Shown: piece by piece, positions 47,082 to 60,181 of the stretch
Numbering within the stretch: position 1 is the stretch's first letter
How the letters are laid out: each line of letters starts with the position of its first letter
DNA from: the human T2T-CHM13v2.0 reference genome, Homo sapiens
Reading direction: 5' to 3' (one strand)
NCBI RefSeq assembly: GCF_009914755.1
Contig: NC_060932.1
DNA: 64,000 bases
Made by a program: the position numbers and the translations under genes
Notes under the pieces: generated by a model
The model's database searches: none
What the model was told of the DNA's origin: nothing
The model's input: only the letters and a program-made list of their open reading frames with translations

Positions 47082-47818
47082 GATTTAAGTATATATCTTT
47101 TTTTCTGTTAAACAAATAATGCTTTATTAATAGAAATATACACAAACTCTAAAGCACTAAGAAATTTAAATATCTATGTCAGAGCAAACAGGTGGCAATT
47201 CAACATCCAGGGTCAACAGAATGCTTAAAGGAGACTGCAACAGATTGGATTTCCATGGTGGAGAGGGCATCTTCAAAGGTGAAGGGGGGCCCAGCTGAAA
47301 CAGCTTTTCAAGCTCTCTCTCCTCATCAAGTATCATGAGAGGCACTTCACTCAAGGGGAGATGTGCAATCTGGTGCTCTTCAGGCAGGTCAAAACTCTCG
47401 AAGCCTAGAGGATTGAAGGGAAATAATTTTTCTATTTCTGGATAGCCATCATCTGAGGCAGGAACAGAGTTTTTTGCTTTAACAGTCTTCTCAGTCATCT
47501 TTTTGGCAGAAAAGCTTGGCTGTTTTTGTTTGAGGGGTCCATTGGTCTTTACTGACTTTTCTGTAGCTCTGTTGACAGTTCCCAAAGCCTTTCTGGTAGC
47601 TTTAGGTAAGGATGTGGGAGCATCGAATGTTTTGCCAAAACATGATATTGAAACTTGAGATCTCCCATCTAAGGCTTTGATTGAAGGTCCAGACCCCAGC
47701 TTCAGCCCATCCTTTGTAGCCACAAGGATGCCTGGTTCTTCGTTTTCCTTATCAACATAGATCAGAGTAGCCATTCTGGATTATTGCCGCTCTCAACCAG
47801 ATTTAAGTATATATCTTT
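47082..47818 (-). mobile_element. L1-mediated retrotransposition footprint of the securin retrocopy (19-bp TSD)
   Basis: GATTTAAGTATATATCTTT occurs identically at 47082-47100 and 47800-47818; the right copy is followed by AA, giving CTTT/AA, an L1 endonuclease-type site. Confidence 0.95.
47166..47774 (-). pseudogene. PTTG3P: Securin (PTTG1) processed retrocopy with intact 202-aa ORF (PTTG3P)
   Basis: Intronless [18 protein letters not shown]...[10 protein letters not shown], same length as and about 90% identical to human securin as recalled. KEN box, D-box [18 protein letters not shown] and PPSP motifs present. Minus-strand AATAAA at 47123-47128, T-run 47098-47104, flanking TSDs. Confidence 0.95.
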
Positions 47819-49687
47819 AATTTATTACAGTCTATCTTCATTTGAATTATACCACATCACTTATAGAATACTTACACTTATAGGATATATCTTACAATGG
47901 TATACTTCCATGTCTCTAATGCTAGCTTTTATAATACTGTTGTCATATATTTTACTGATACATTAGATATAAACCCACCATAAGTTATTACTATTCTTGT
48001 TTGTTAACTTTTAGAGATTTAAATTATTAAAAAATCAAAATATGTTTAGTTCTGTTGTTACTATTTCAAGTGCTCTTCATTTCTTAGTAGATCTTTATTT
48101 CCAGAAATCTGGAATAACTTTTCTATGTCTGAAGGGCTTCCTTGAATGTTTCTTGTTGTATGAGTCTACTGGTTATGAATTTTTCAGCTTTTTTTTTTTT
48201 CAGTCTGAAAAAATCTTTATATAGCTTTACATATCTTTGATTTTGAAGGATATTTTTGGTAGGTAAATAATTTTAGGTTGACAGATTTTTTTATTCAGTA
48301 CATTATAGATGTTGCTCCACTTCTTGTACTATTTATTTATTTATTTATTTTGAGATGGAATCTTGCTCTGTCACCCAGTCTGGAGTGCAGTGGTGCCATC
48401 TCAGCTCACTGCAACCTCTGCCCCCCAGGTTCAAGTGATTCTCCTGCCTCAGCCTCCTGAGTAGCTGGAATTACTGGCGTGTGCCACCACACCCGGCTAA
48501 TTTTTGTATTTTTAGTAGAGTCAGGGTTTCACCATATTTACCAGGCTCGTCTCGAACTCCTGACCTCAAGTGATCTGCCCGTTGCCCTCCTCAGCCTCCT
48601 ACAAGTGTTGAGATTACAGACATGAGCCACTGTGCCCAGCCACTTGTACTATTTCTGATGAGAAATATGCTGACATTTTTACCTTTGTTCCTCCATATAT
48701 AACATGTCTTTTCTTCTGGCTGCTGTTAAGACTTTATCACTGGTTTTTAGTACTTTTATTGTGATGTGCCTTGGTGTAATTTTCTTCATGTTTCTAGTGT
48801 TTCAATTCATTGCACTTGTCAGATCTGTGAGTTTATAGTTTTCATCTAATTTGGGAATATGTCAGCCATGATTTCTACAAATGTATTTTCCTATCCCATC
48901 CTCCAACACCATCTTTATCTTCTCCTTCAGGGAATCTAATTGCAAGTATATTAGGCTGCTTAAAGTTGTCCACAGCTCATCGATTCTCTTTACCTTTCTC
49001 TTTTTTTTTTGAAACAGAGTCTCACTCTGTTGCCCAAGCTAGAGTGCAGTGGCACAATCTCAGCTCACTGAAACCTCTACCTCCTGGGTTCAGGTGATTC
49101 TCATGCCTCAGACTCCCAAGTAGCTGGGACTACAGATGTGCGCCACCATGCCCAGCTAATTTTTGTATTTTTGGTAGAGACGGGATTTTGCCATGTTGGC
49201 CAGGCTGGTCTTGAACTCCAGACCTCAAATGATCCACTCGCCTCAGCCTCTCAAAATGCTGGGATTATAGGTGCGGGTCACCGCACCCGGCCTTAATTCT
49301 TTTTTCTGTCTATATTTTAGAAAGTTTCTACTGCAGTCTTCAAGTTTACTAATCTTTTCTTCTGTAATGTCTAATCTTCTGTTAATCCTATCTGGTGTAT
49401 TTTCCACTTTAGAGATTATTGTTTTCATCTCTAAAAGTTGGATTTAGAAATTTTATGCTTTCTTTGTCTCTACTTAACTTTTTGAGTATATTACTATTGT
49501 TATTATTATTATTATTATTTTGTAGAGATGGGGTCTCCCTATGTTGCCCAAGCTGGTCTTGAACTCCTGAAATGAAGGAATCCTCTTACCTTGGCCTCTC
49601 AAAGTGGGATTACAGGCGTGAGCCACCAAGACCTGCCTACATTACCATTATAATAACTGTTTTAATGTCCTAGTCAGCTAATTCTAA

Positions 49688-49959
<272 letters not shown>

Positions 49960-51861
49960 TGATCCGCCTGCCTCGGCCTCCCAAAGTGCTGGGATTACAG
50001 GCGTGAGCCACCGTGCCCGGCCCCTAGTGATTACTTTTTATCTCATTATTGGTCATATTTTTCTGTTTCTTTGCATGCCTTGTAATACTGAATGCCACAT
50101 ATTCAATATTGAATGTCAGACATTGTGATTTTTTTCCTTGCTGAATGCTGGATATTTTTCTATTCTTACAATTATGCCTGGATTTTGATTTGAGATAGAG
50201 TTAAATTACTTGGAAATAGTTCAATCCTTTCAGATTTTACTTCCATGTGTTTTTTTCTGTTTTTTGTTTGTTTGTTTGGCAGGACCCAAGCAGTATTTAT
50301 TCTAGGGCTAATTCCTCCCCAGTCTAAGTAAGGTAAGACTCTTCTTAGTATTCTACCTGCATTGAGTTGGGAACGTTTGTAGTCTACCTGATGGAACAGC
50401 CACTATTCCTGGCCCTCTGTGAGTTGCCAGTGCTATTCTGTCTAATGCTTTCATATGTTTTTTTCTTTGCTGTACTTTTTATAGTTTCTTCACATGCATG
50501 CACTGATCTGCGTTGTCAAATTCTCAGGGAGAACCTTCTGCAGGTCTCTAGGGTTCTCTGTGCACTTAACTTCCTCTTGTATACTGTCTTGTGAACTCTA
50601 ACCATCTTGTTCTCCCTGGATTCATAGCCCCATCCTCTCAACTCAGGTAGTCTGCTGGGCTCTCCTTCATTCCACTCCCTGTATCATGGTGTGTAAGGTA
50701 TCTGAAAGTAGTAAGCTGCGGGTAAATTTTGTGTGCTTAGGAATCATTTTCTTTCACAGCCTGATACCCAGTATCTTGAAAACAGATGTTTTATATATTT
50801 TTTCTGTCTCTTTTTCGTTTTTCCTTTTGGTTGGTTCAGGTGGGAGGGTCAATTTGGTCCTTGTTACTCCATGTTGGCTGGATTCAGAAGTCCCCTAAGG
50901 CCCCACTCTTAATAGTCACTTCACATTTTGAGGAGAGGTAGAGAAAAGTTTCAACAGTCTATTACCAATAGCCTCTGGTACAACCCACTCTATAAATGAA
51001 GTGTGATTGTTATTTAGTCTATTTAATGCTTCTTAAATCTCTAGAACATTATAAAGGTTTGCCGTGACTAGTGATTTATAGATTGTTTGGGACAGACTTC
51101 AGAACTCTGGGGCCTCCCTGAAATGTACTATTGACATTTTCAAAACACAAGGGGCCATTGATAGATTGCAAATCAGTTTTCACTCTTACTTGGTAGTCAT
51201 TTTGCAAACTTGGTTCTGTTTGTATTGTGCCATCTGGTTAAGGTTGCAGTTAAGGAAAATTTACTCTCTAAAGACCTTAATAGGACATAGAGCTTGCTAA
51301 CATAGGGAATTTACTGTGATTCAAGGGTTTATTTCTAGAACACTGAAAACCTTTCTAGTCCAACTCCAAGAAATGCTGTGTGATTCTTTTTCACTTATTC
51401 TTGAGGATTTCTTTGAAATTAAAAGAGGAAGCTCTCCCTATCTTATTTCCATGAAAAAGAAAAGACCAGTATTTTAGTATTTAGCGAAGGAGAGAGAGGG
51501 CTTAAGGAAAGTTGAAAATAATCATGGACTGATTAATATATTTTTAAGCATTTACTATGGGTATACCACTTGTTTGGGCAATGAGGTGAAGAAGAATAGG
51601 TAGATTACTTTTTATTTACCTCCATGAATCTCAAAGACTTAGTCTTCCAAAAAAGTCTTACTTAATAATAATTTACTTCTCCATTTTTATGAATCAGTCA
51701 TATGTAACTGCCAGTCAAAGCATTTGGTTATCATGAAGTAACTGGTGTTACTTCAGTATCATAATATTTCAGATAAAAATAGAATCTTGCTGTTATAGGT
51801 AATCTGAACAGCCTAATTATGGATGAATCTATAATTTCTTTTAGCCTTCTTAAGATACTGA

Positions 51862-53394
<1,533 letters not shown>

Positions 53395-53869
53395 TGAGAT
53401 AAAGATTCTAAATAGCAGAAAACAAAACAAAGTAGCCCTGCTACATGGTAACGTGAGTGGTGCAGATCCTAAGTATTATAGCATTTTATTGCATACAGAC
53501 ATCCCTGAGCTGGGCTACTGTAGTCAAGACCGGTAGCTAGGACTGAGAAGAGGGTATTCCAGCTAGGAGGCAGTGGGTTTGCATGTACAGTGGGAGGGAT
53601 GTTAGTTGTAAGTTGTGGATTCTGTACATTGAGGAGACAGTCTGTCCAACAGATGAGTACACAAGAGAGTGAGTTGGAGATTAGGTGGGAAATGTAGGTT
53701 AGGATCAGATCAAACACCCTGAGTTCTTTGAATCTGTTCTTTATACAGAGATGGCAGTGAAAATGGAAGAGTCATTGAAGACTCTAAAGGAGAAAGCCAA
53801 GGACCTGGTGACCAAACGTGAGGACTGAGAGGGAAGAGTCAAAGGTTTTGAGTTAGGGCAAGAATGATA

Positions 53870-54407
53870 CAGTATTACCCCCTTATCCAAGGGGATACCT
53901 TCTAAAACTCCCAGTGGTTCCCTGAAACTGCAGATAGTACTGGACCCCATCTAAACTATGTTTTTTCCTATATATACATGCCTACAATAACATTTACTCT
54001 CTAAATTAGGCACAGTAAGAGATTAACTACCATAACTATTAATAAAATACAACAATTATAACAATATGTCAGCATCACGACTCTTGCACTTTGGGGCTAT
54101 CATGAAGTAAAATAAGGGTTCCTTGAACACAAGCACTGTGACACCTCTACAGCTGACGTGATAATGGAGATGCCTACTAAGAGACTAGCGGGTGGGTAGC
54201 ATCTGCAGCATGGACAAACTGGACAGAGGGAGGCTTCACATTGAGGGTAGATGGAGTGGGATAGCGTGAGATTTTATCACACTGCTCAGAACAGCACACC
54301 ATTTAAAACTCGTTTATTTCTAGAATTTTCCATTTAATTTTTTCAGACTGTTGGTCAAAAAAAGAAAAGGGAAACTGTTGATAAGGGTATGTGTCGGGGA
54401 CTGGTGT
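53870..54407. mobile_element. MER44/Tigger7-like DNA transposon
   Basis: TA-CAGTATTACCCCCTTATCC start; ...GATAAGGG...GGGACT end; similar to the element at 14.4-15.0 kb. Confidence 0.75.
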
Positions 54408-55049
54408 ACTATTATTATTACAAACAGGAAAGTTGTAAGGGAGAGGTTGAATGAGTGATGCCGGAGATCCCTGAAGCTTTTTCTAAAAATTCCCAATTTC
54501 TCTGAGTGGCTCCTGACTAGACAATACTTCCCTGCATCCTTTCCCCTCTCCTATGAGTTGAGCCTGGCAGGACAAACTTTAGAGTATGAGAGGGCATTTA
54601 GAGCCCATGAGGTCACCAGGCTAAATCCCCTCGTTTTACTGATAAGCAAATTGAGGACTTCAGATATTGTGACTTCCCTTAAGGCTACAGAGCTAGGCTG
54701 GCCTCTTGGCATTATTTTCTGAAATTTTTGTAATAAAGGTTACCGTATGTCAATCCTGCTTGCTGGCAAAGTGAGCCCTTTGTTTCCCTGCCATATTCAT
54801 TAGTTACATTATTTTTATTTTAGAAACAGGGTCTTGCTATGAGGTCCAGGCTGGCCTGGAACTCCTGGGCTCAAGTGATCTTCCTGACTCAGCCCATGGA
54901 GTAGCTGGGACTGTAGGAACTGCGCCCTACTCGGTTATTGGCTTGATGCTTCCAGCCGTTTTTCACTGTCCAGACTCAGATGCATTAATAGTTAAAACAA
55001 GTCGTTTCGAGGATTCTGGTTTTCCTTTATCTGTACACGCAGACGCAAA

Positions 55050-56100
55050 CCTTAGAGTAGCACACTACGGACATTCATGCCAAACCCGGCCGCGTCTGCT
55101 CTCTCGTGATGCGCCTGAGCTGTTTGAAGGGAACGAGATTGATTAACAATTTAAGCTCGGGGTGAGGATTCTTACTGGGAGCCGACTCCCCAATTTTTGA
55201 AGTAAAGGATGTGTGGTGGAGACTAGTAAAGGAATTGCTTCGTTTCTTTGCTCCTCTGAATCCCATTCCTAATGACGTCTCACGCCTGGAGCCCTGAATT
55301 CGTGTGTGACTCCTACCCCGCCCGAGGAAAATGAGATTATGCCAGTGTCTTGAATGAGCGCGGTTGTTTTGAGATCTACACTTTAGCGGGAACCTGGGGA
55401 GAGTGCCTTCTCATTCCTTGCCCCCGCCCAAGGCTCTCTTCACCTTCCCCGCGGGGGTCCTCTCGTTTTCTGTCTCCCAAATGCTGGCTTCCCGCCTTTC
55501 CTCCCCCGCTTATTTACTTAATTAAGGCCCTGGGGCTGCACCCCACCGGCAGCTCCTTCGGGGGTGTGGCCGAAGAGCTCCGAGGGCGGGGCTGACCGAG
55601 CCATATTCGGGCGTGGCCGGTGGTGATTGGTGAGGGCGGGGCCTGCCGCAGGGGGCGGGGCCTGCAGGTTTGGCCCCCGCAGGGAGCGCAGCTGGCGCCG
55701 CTGGGAGCTGGTGGCGCGGCGCAGGTCCCGGCCGAGTGTGGCGCAGCAGTGGCGGCGCTTCCCATTCGCCATGCGCCGGGGGTGGGTGCCCGAAGGTAAG
55801 CGTGTGGCTCATCGAGCTTGCGCGAGGAACCCTTGGCGGAGAACAGCCCCGGCACTGCGCGGGCCAGGTGGAGGGACCCCGGGGGCGCGGGAGGCAGGTG
55901 TGGTGTGACGGGCCCCGGTGCCATTTCCGCGCCCATCACGAGCGCGGGGCGGGGCGCGCGGGCGGCCCCTCCTGTGAACCCCTGAGAGGAGAGGCGGGCT
56001 CCACACCCGGGCGTGCTGCGACTTCGCGGCACTCATTCACTGCACTTGGTCCGAGACAGAAAACGTTTGAGTTGTTCCACACACACCCCCTCTAAATGTC
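55050..56100 (+). promoter_or_regulatory. SGK3: CpG-island promoter, probably an alternative SGK3 promoter
   Basis: Dense CpG/GC sequence in an AT-rich window. GC boxes at 55584-55592, 55634-55642, 55652-55661; inverted CCAAT (GATTGG 55625-55630); CRE-like TGACGTCT 55273-55280; E2F-like TTCCCGCC 55489-55496. Gene identity is inferred from the recalled location of PTTG3P in SGK3, not from coding sequence. Confidence 0.75.
55660..55795 (+). other. SGK3: First (5' UTR) exon ending at a canonical 5' splice site; start approximate
   Basis: GAAG|GTAAGC donor at 55795/55796 just downstream of the GC/CCAAT boxes. The TSS cannot be fixed from sequence. Confidence 0.65.
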
Positions 56101-56289
56101 GAGAAGCCCCAGGTACTGTCAAGTTTGTATATCCTTTAAAATATAGTTTGTGGTTCAGGACAGGAGGAGAAACCCGATAGTGAGCTTGCGGTGGGGCTTT
56201 ACTTTTACTTTGTGTTATTCAGTTTGTAAGAAAGGTGTAGTAGAAACGGGACTGTTACTTAAACATGGACAGCAGGGGTTACGTAGGGA

Positions 56290-56490
56290 GTGTATCTTGG
56301 AGATGAAGCACGCAGACTTCGGAGCTAAAATCATGGTTTTGAATCTACTTATTAACTGCGAAAACTTGGGCAATTTGCCTAACTTTTCTATGCCTTAGTT
56401 TTAGCGTATGTAAAATGGGGATAATGATAGTTCTAACCATACAGCAGTTTTTGAAGATTAAATGAGTTAATACCTGGCTCATAGTCCACA
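56290..56490. mobile_element. MIR SINE
   Basis: TTGGGCAATTTGCCTAAC...TGCCTTAGTTT...TGTAAAATGGGGATAATGATAG core. Confidence 0.7.
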
Positions 56491-58769
56491 ATAAACTTTG
56501 GCTGTTTTCTTTGTTATGCATTCAGATGGGCATTAATCTCAAGAATTGTCATCACCGGAAAACCTACGTATATTCTTTCCTCAGAGCTGTTGCTAGAAAT
56601 GCTTGGGGATTCCTTTGGAACAGTTTTCTTAGACCGAGTTCCACAAGAAAAGGTCTCTTACTTTTCTTTCACTAGGGGTGTTACCTGATGTGATCATCCA
56701 CCTTGTTCCAAATCCCATCCACAGAAACTTCAGTCTCGAAGGCTGTTCCAAAACAGGGATCAAAAAAGAGGCAGCGCCTTTAAGGTGAATGTAGCCTCAT
56801 TTTAAGCACCAAGTTCAGGCGGGTTTGTTTAAAAGCAGTTTATATCGCTTTATACAGAACTTTTAAGTTGTGCTATTTTGGGTGGATGCTTATTTGTACT
56901 ATTATTGCAAAACTAAGTAAACCAGAGCACCCCCAATACATAAATAAACATCATAGGAACCATAGCTTGCTGCAGGGAATCTCAGAATTGAAAGGAATCT
57001 GAAAAATCAGACCAGCTGGTCTTTACAGATAAGGATGAGGCCAAAGACTCAGAATCAATAAATGGCAGAGCTTAGGCTAGAATTCAGCTCTGCTGATCAA
57101 CAAAGTATAAAATCAAATGATGATGTTATTTCTAGTTTTGATGATAGTTACTATCTTTATCTTTGACAGTTTTATGGTTCTGTGAATGGCTTTCCTTTCC
57201 AGCACTATCCTGCTTGGTAGCTTAATTGCATGATTCATAATCATTCTTCAGTAGTACCTTTGATTTAAATCACAAGTCTCAAAGTTGCTACATTAATTAT
57301 TGCTTTGAGAACAAGATGATTGTCTTCTTAAGCTTTGTACAAACATGTTCTAATGTGCTTTGGTTTTGTCCTTTTAAAATGCAGCCCTCTTCTCCCAGGT
57401 AGGGAATGTAAACAGCCAGTATAAACAAATTGACCTACTAGGCAGTTTTTTTATCGCTGTTTTATTGGCGAAGTTTTCTTGATTGGGTAGGAGTCAGGAA
57501 GTGGAACCCTGAATGCTCACCCAAGGAAGTAGGACTGGGTCCCAAAGAGATAATGTCACAATGTGGCTGCTAAGTTCAAAAGCATTGTGGAGTGAAATTA
57601 TTTTGAGCTACTGTTTTGTTAGTTGCTGACTCTTCCCCAACTTTTTGTATAGCTCACTCCTTCACCTCTGGGTGTTTGTTTAGATGTTACCTTCCTATTT
57701 AAAATTGCATACAACACCACACTTATATATTGACCTATTGATTGACTTATTCATTATCTGTTGTCTGACATGAGAGCGTAAGTTCCATGTGGGTAAAGTT
57801 GTTTGCCAGTTGTGTTCACTGTTGTATCCTAAGTGCTTGGAAATAGTGCCTGGCACACAGGAGGTACCGAATTCATGGATCTGATGCAGACATTTCCAAC
57901 AAGACTAGTAATTATTTACGCCAATTCACTGTCATTTTGCCCTATTTTCCCCTCCCTCCATTTTATTTATTCCTAGTTACCCAGGAATAAAATCTTGAGG
58001 CAATGTTAATTCTTTCTTCTACCTTTGTACCCCACATGCAAATAGCTACCACGTTATTTCATCTGTCATTTTTGTTGCAAACCTGCCTCTCCTGTTGTTG
58101 CCAAGCCCATTTCTTCATTCCCTTCATTTTAATTTGACACTTACAGCCCTGCAGTTCCCTTTTCAAGTGACTTCACATCCTTACCTGCAGAATGAAATCC
58201 AGAGTGAAAAGCCTGACATTCAGAATTCCCTACAACATGATTTAAAGCCCACTTTTACAGTCTGTATCTCCTATAGATGAAGAGATGAGTTCCAGTTTAG
58301 GTTTGTAAATATGACAGTAGAATTAAGGCTTTAATGGTGATGTCCTATAAAATCCCAAAATGAGTGTTGCTTCATGACAGTTTCTCTTTCTGTTTTTATT
58401 GATGAGTTAATCTTTTTCTCCGATGTGGGCAGGGATTTAGACATAGTGGACTAGTGGCTGTTGCCTGTTTCTAGTGAGGACTTCTGCTGCCCTTTCTGTT
58501 TTGAGTTCCCATTCTGCAAACCCCCCCTCACATGCGGCCCCTGCCGTTCCCTACCAAATATCTAGGTAAGTTCAGTTGGAAGTGGTTTTTTCTTTCTCTG
58601 AATGCTGGTGACTATCATAGAGAATTTAGCACAGTCTACTTTGAATTTGAAAGCTTCGGGCATTGGTCTTTTCTTCAGTGCTTCATGTCCTGGAGAACAA
58701 GAAGCATGCACACACACATTTCAGTTTCTTTTAAAGGAAAAATAAGACCCACATCTGCTTATCTGCTTC

Positions 58770-59070
58770 TTTTTCTTTTTTTCTTTTGTTATGGAGTCTC
58801 GCTTTGTTGCCCAGGCTGGAGTGAAGTGGTGGCGCGATCTCGGCACTTGGCAAGCTCCGCCTCCCGGGTTCACGCCATTCTCCTGCCTCAGAATCCGGAG
58901 TAGCTGGGACTACAGGCGCCCGCCACCACGCTCGGCTAATTTTTTGTATTTTTAGTAGAGACGGGGTTTCACCGTGTTAGCCAGGATGGTCTCGATCTCC
59001 TGACCTCATGATCGCCCGCCTCGGCCTCCCCAAGTGCCAGGATTACAGGCGTGAGCCACCGTGCCCAGCC
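58770..59070 (-). mobile_element. AluY
   Basis: CpG-rich antisense Alu with AluY diagnostics (GCAAGCTCCGCCTCCCGGGTTCACGCC). Confidence 0.9.
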
Positions 59071-60007
59071 ACTTAACTGTTTTTTAAACAAACATGAACT
59101 TAAAATTATATCAAACAGACCTTTAAATCGTTAAATATTGAGCTTCAACAATTATTTCTACAGTATAGACAAATGAAGAAGATGACAAGGAAAAAGTCAG
59201 TACCAAGTAAAAAGATACAAATGAAGACACTGAGGTCTGGATTTATAGAGGGGAGTGGGTGTAGGGAGAGCAGCATGTCCAATACGCATGTAGATGGATA
59301 GGCAGATGTTTTTAAAAGTACGCAGTAAATTCAGGAAACCATCAGGAGAAGACAACTTTATTGAGCAATATCTGCAGCTTAGGATTTTGTGGAGTATTAT
59401 TCCTAAAATATATTTTGTTTTTGTATTTCTAGACACATGGAATACTGTTTCTTTGCTTTGTTTCTATACTGGATAGGACTGAAGATTCTCTTTCTCTCTG
59501 GTCTGCAGAAAGTAATTTACTTTCTTTCCTTTCATTGTTTAATCTTAAAAAAAACTTCATACCTTTTTCCTGATTGTCCTGGATGTGTGGAGAAAGGTAT
59601 ATATGCCAGAAGTTTTTAGTCCTTCAGAAAAAGGTGGTAGATATGAGATACTTGAATTTACTATTGTTGAAGTTTATAGTTTTACTAAGTTTGATATCAG
59701 CATTTAACACATTTTGCTGAATTTTATATTACAAGCATATCCTTTCACATATTCCAGTTGAGTCAATGATTTTATTTTACTTGTGACTCAGATTAAAACT
59801 TGACTCGAGCTTGTGTAAATGTTTCTGTCACTTAATTTTATCTTTTCTCCTGTGGCCTTCCAAACCTCAACTGAAGTTTTTCCATTCTAGGGCATACATT
59901 AACTTATTTTTGTTGTTTTTGATTTTAGGTGCTTATAGATGTAGGTCTAAATTTATTTTACCGTTCCTAGAATGAAGCAGCAGTTTCTATTGTTAGGTAG
60001 GGGGGAG

Positions 60008-60034
60008 ATATATATATATGTATATGTATGTGTG

Positions 60035-60083
<49 letters not shown>

Positions 60084-60181
60084 CATTTTTTATATATATA
60101 CGTTTTATACATATACACATATATACATTTTATACATATATATGTATAAAATTAGGGCATATATATATATACCCTAATTTT
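60008..60181. repeat. AT-rich microsatellite and palindrome cluster
   Basis: (TA)n about 60039-60078 plus two overlapping palindromes. Confidence 0.9.

Noticed and set aside
47800-47818. TATATA in the upstream TSD as a TATA box for PTTG3P
   Set aside because: It would put the TSS almost on the ATG, and the surrounding AT-rich L1 DNA makes such motifs common.
55514-56095. Overlapping Pro/Ala/Gly/Arg-rich ORFs on both strands
   Set aside because: Expected from stop-codon scarcity in a CpG island.
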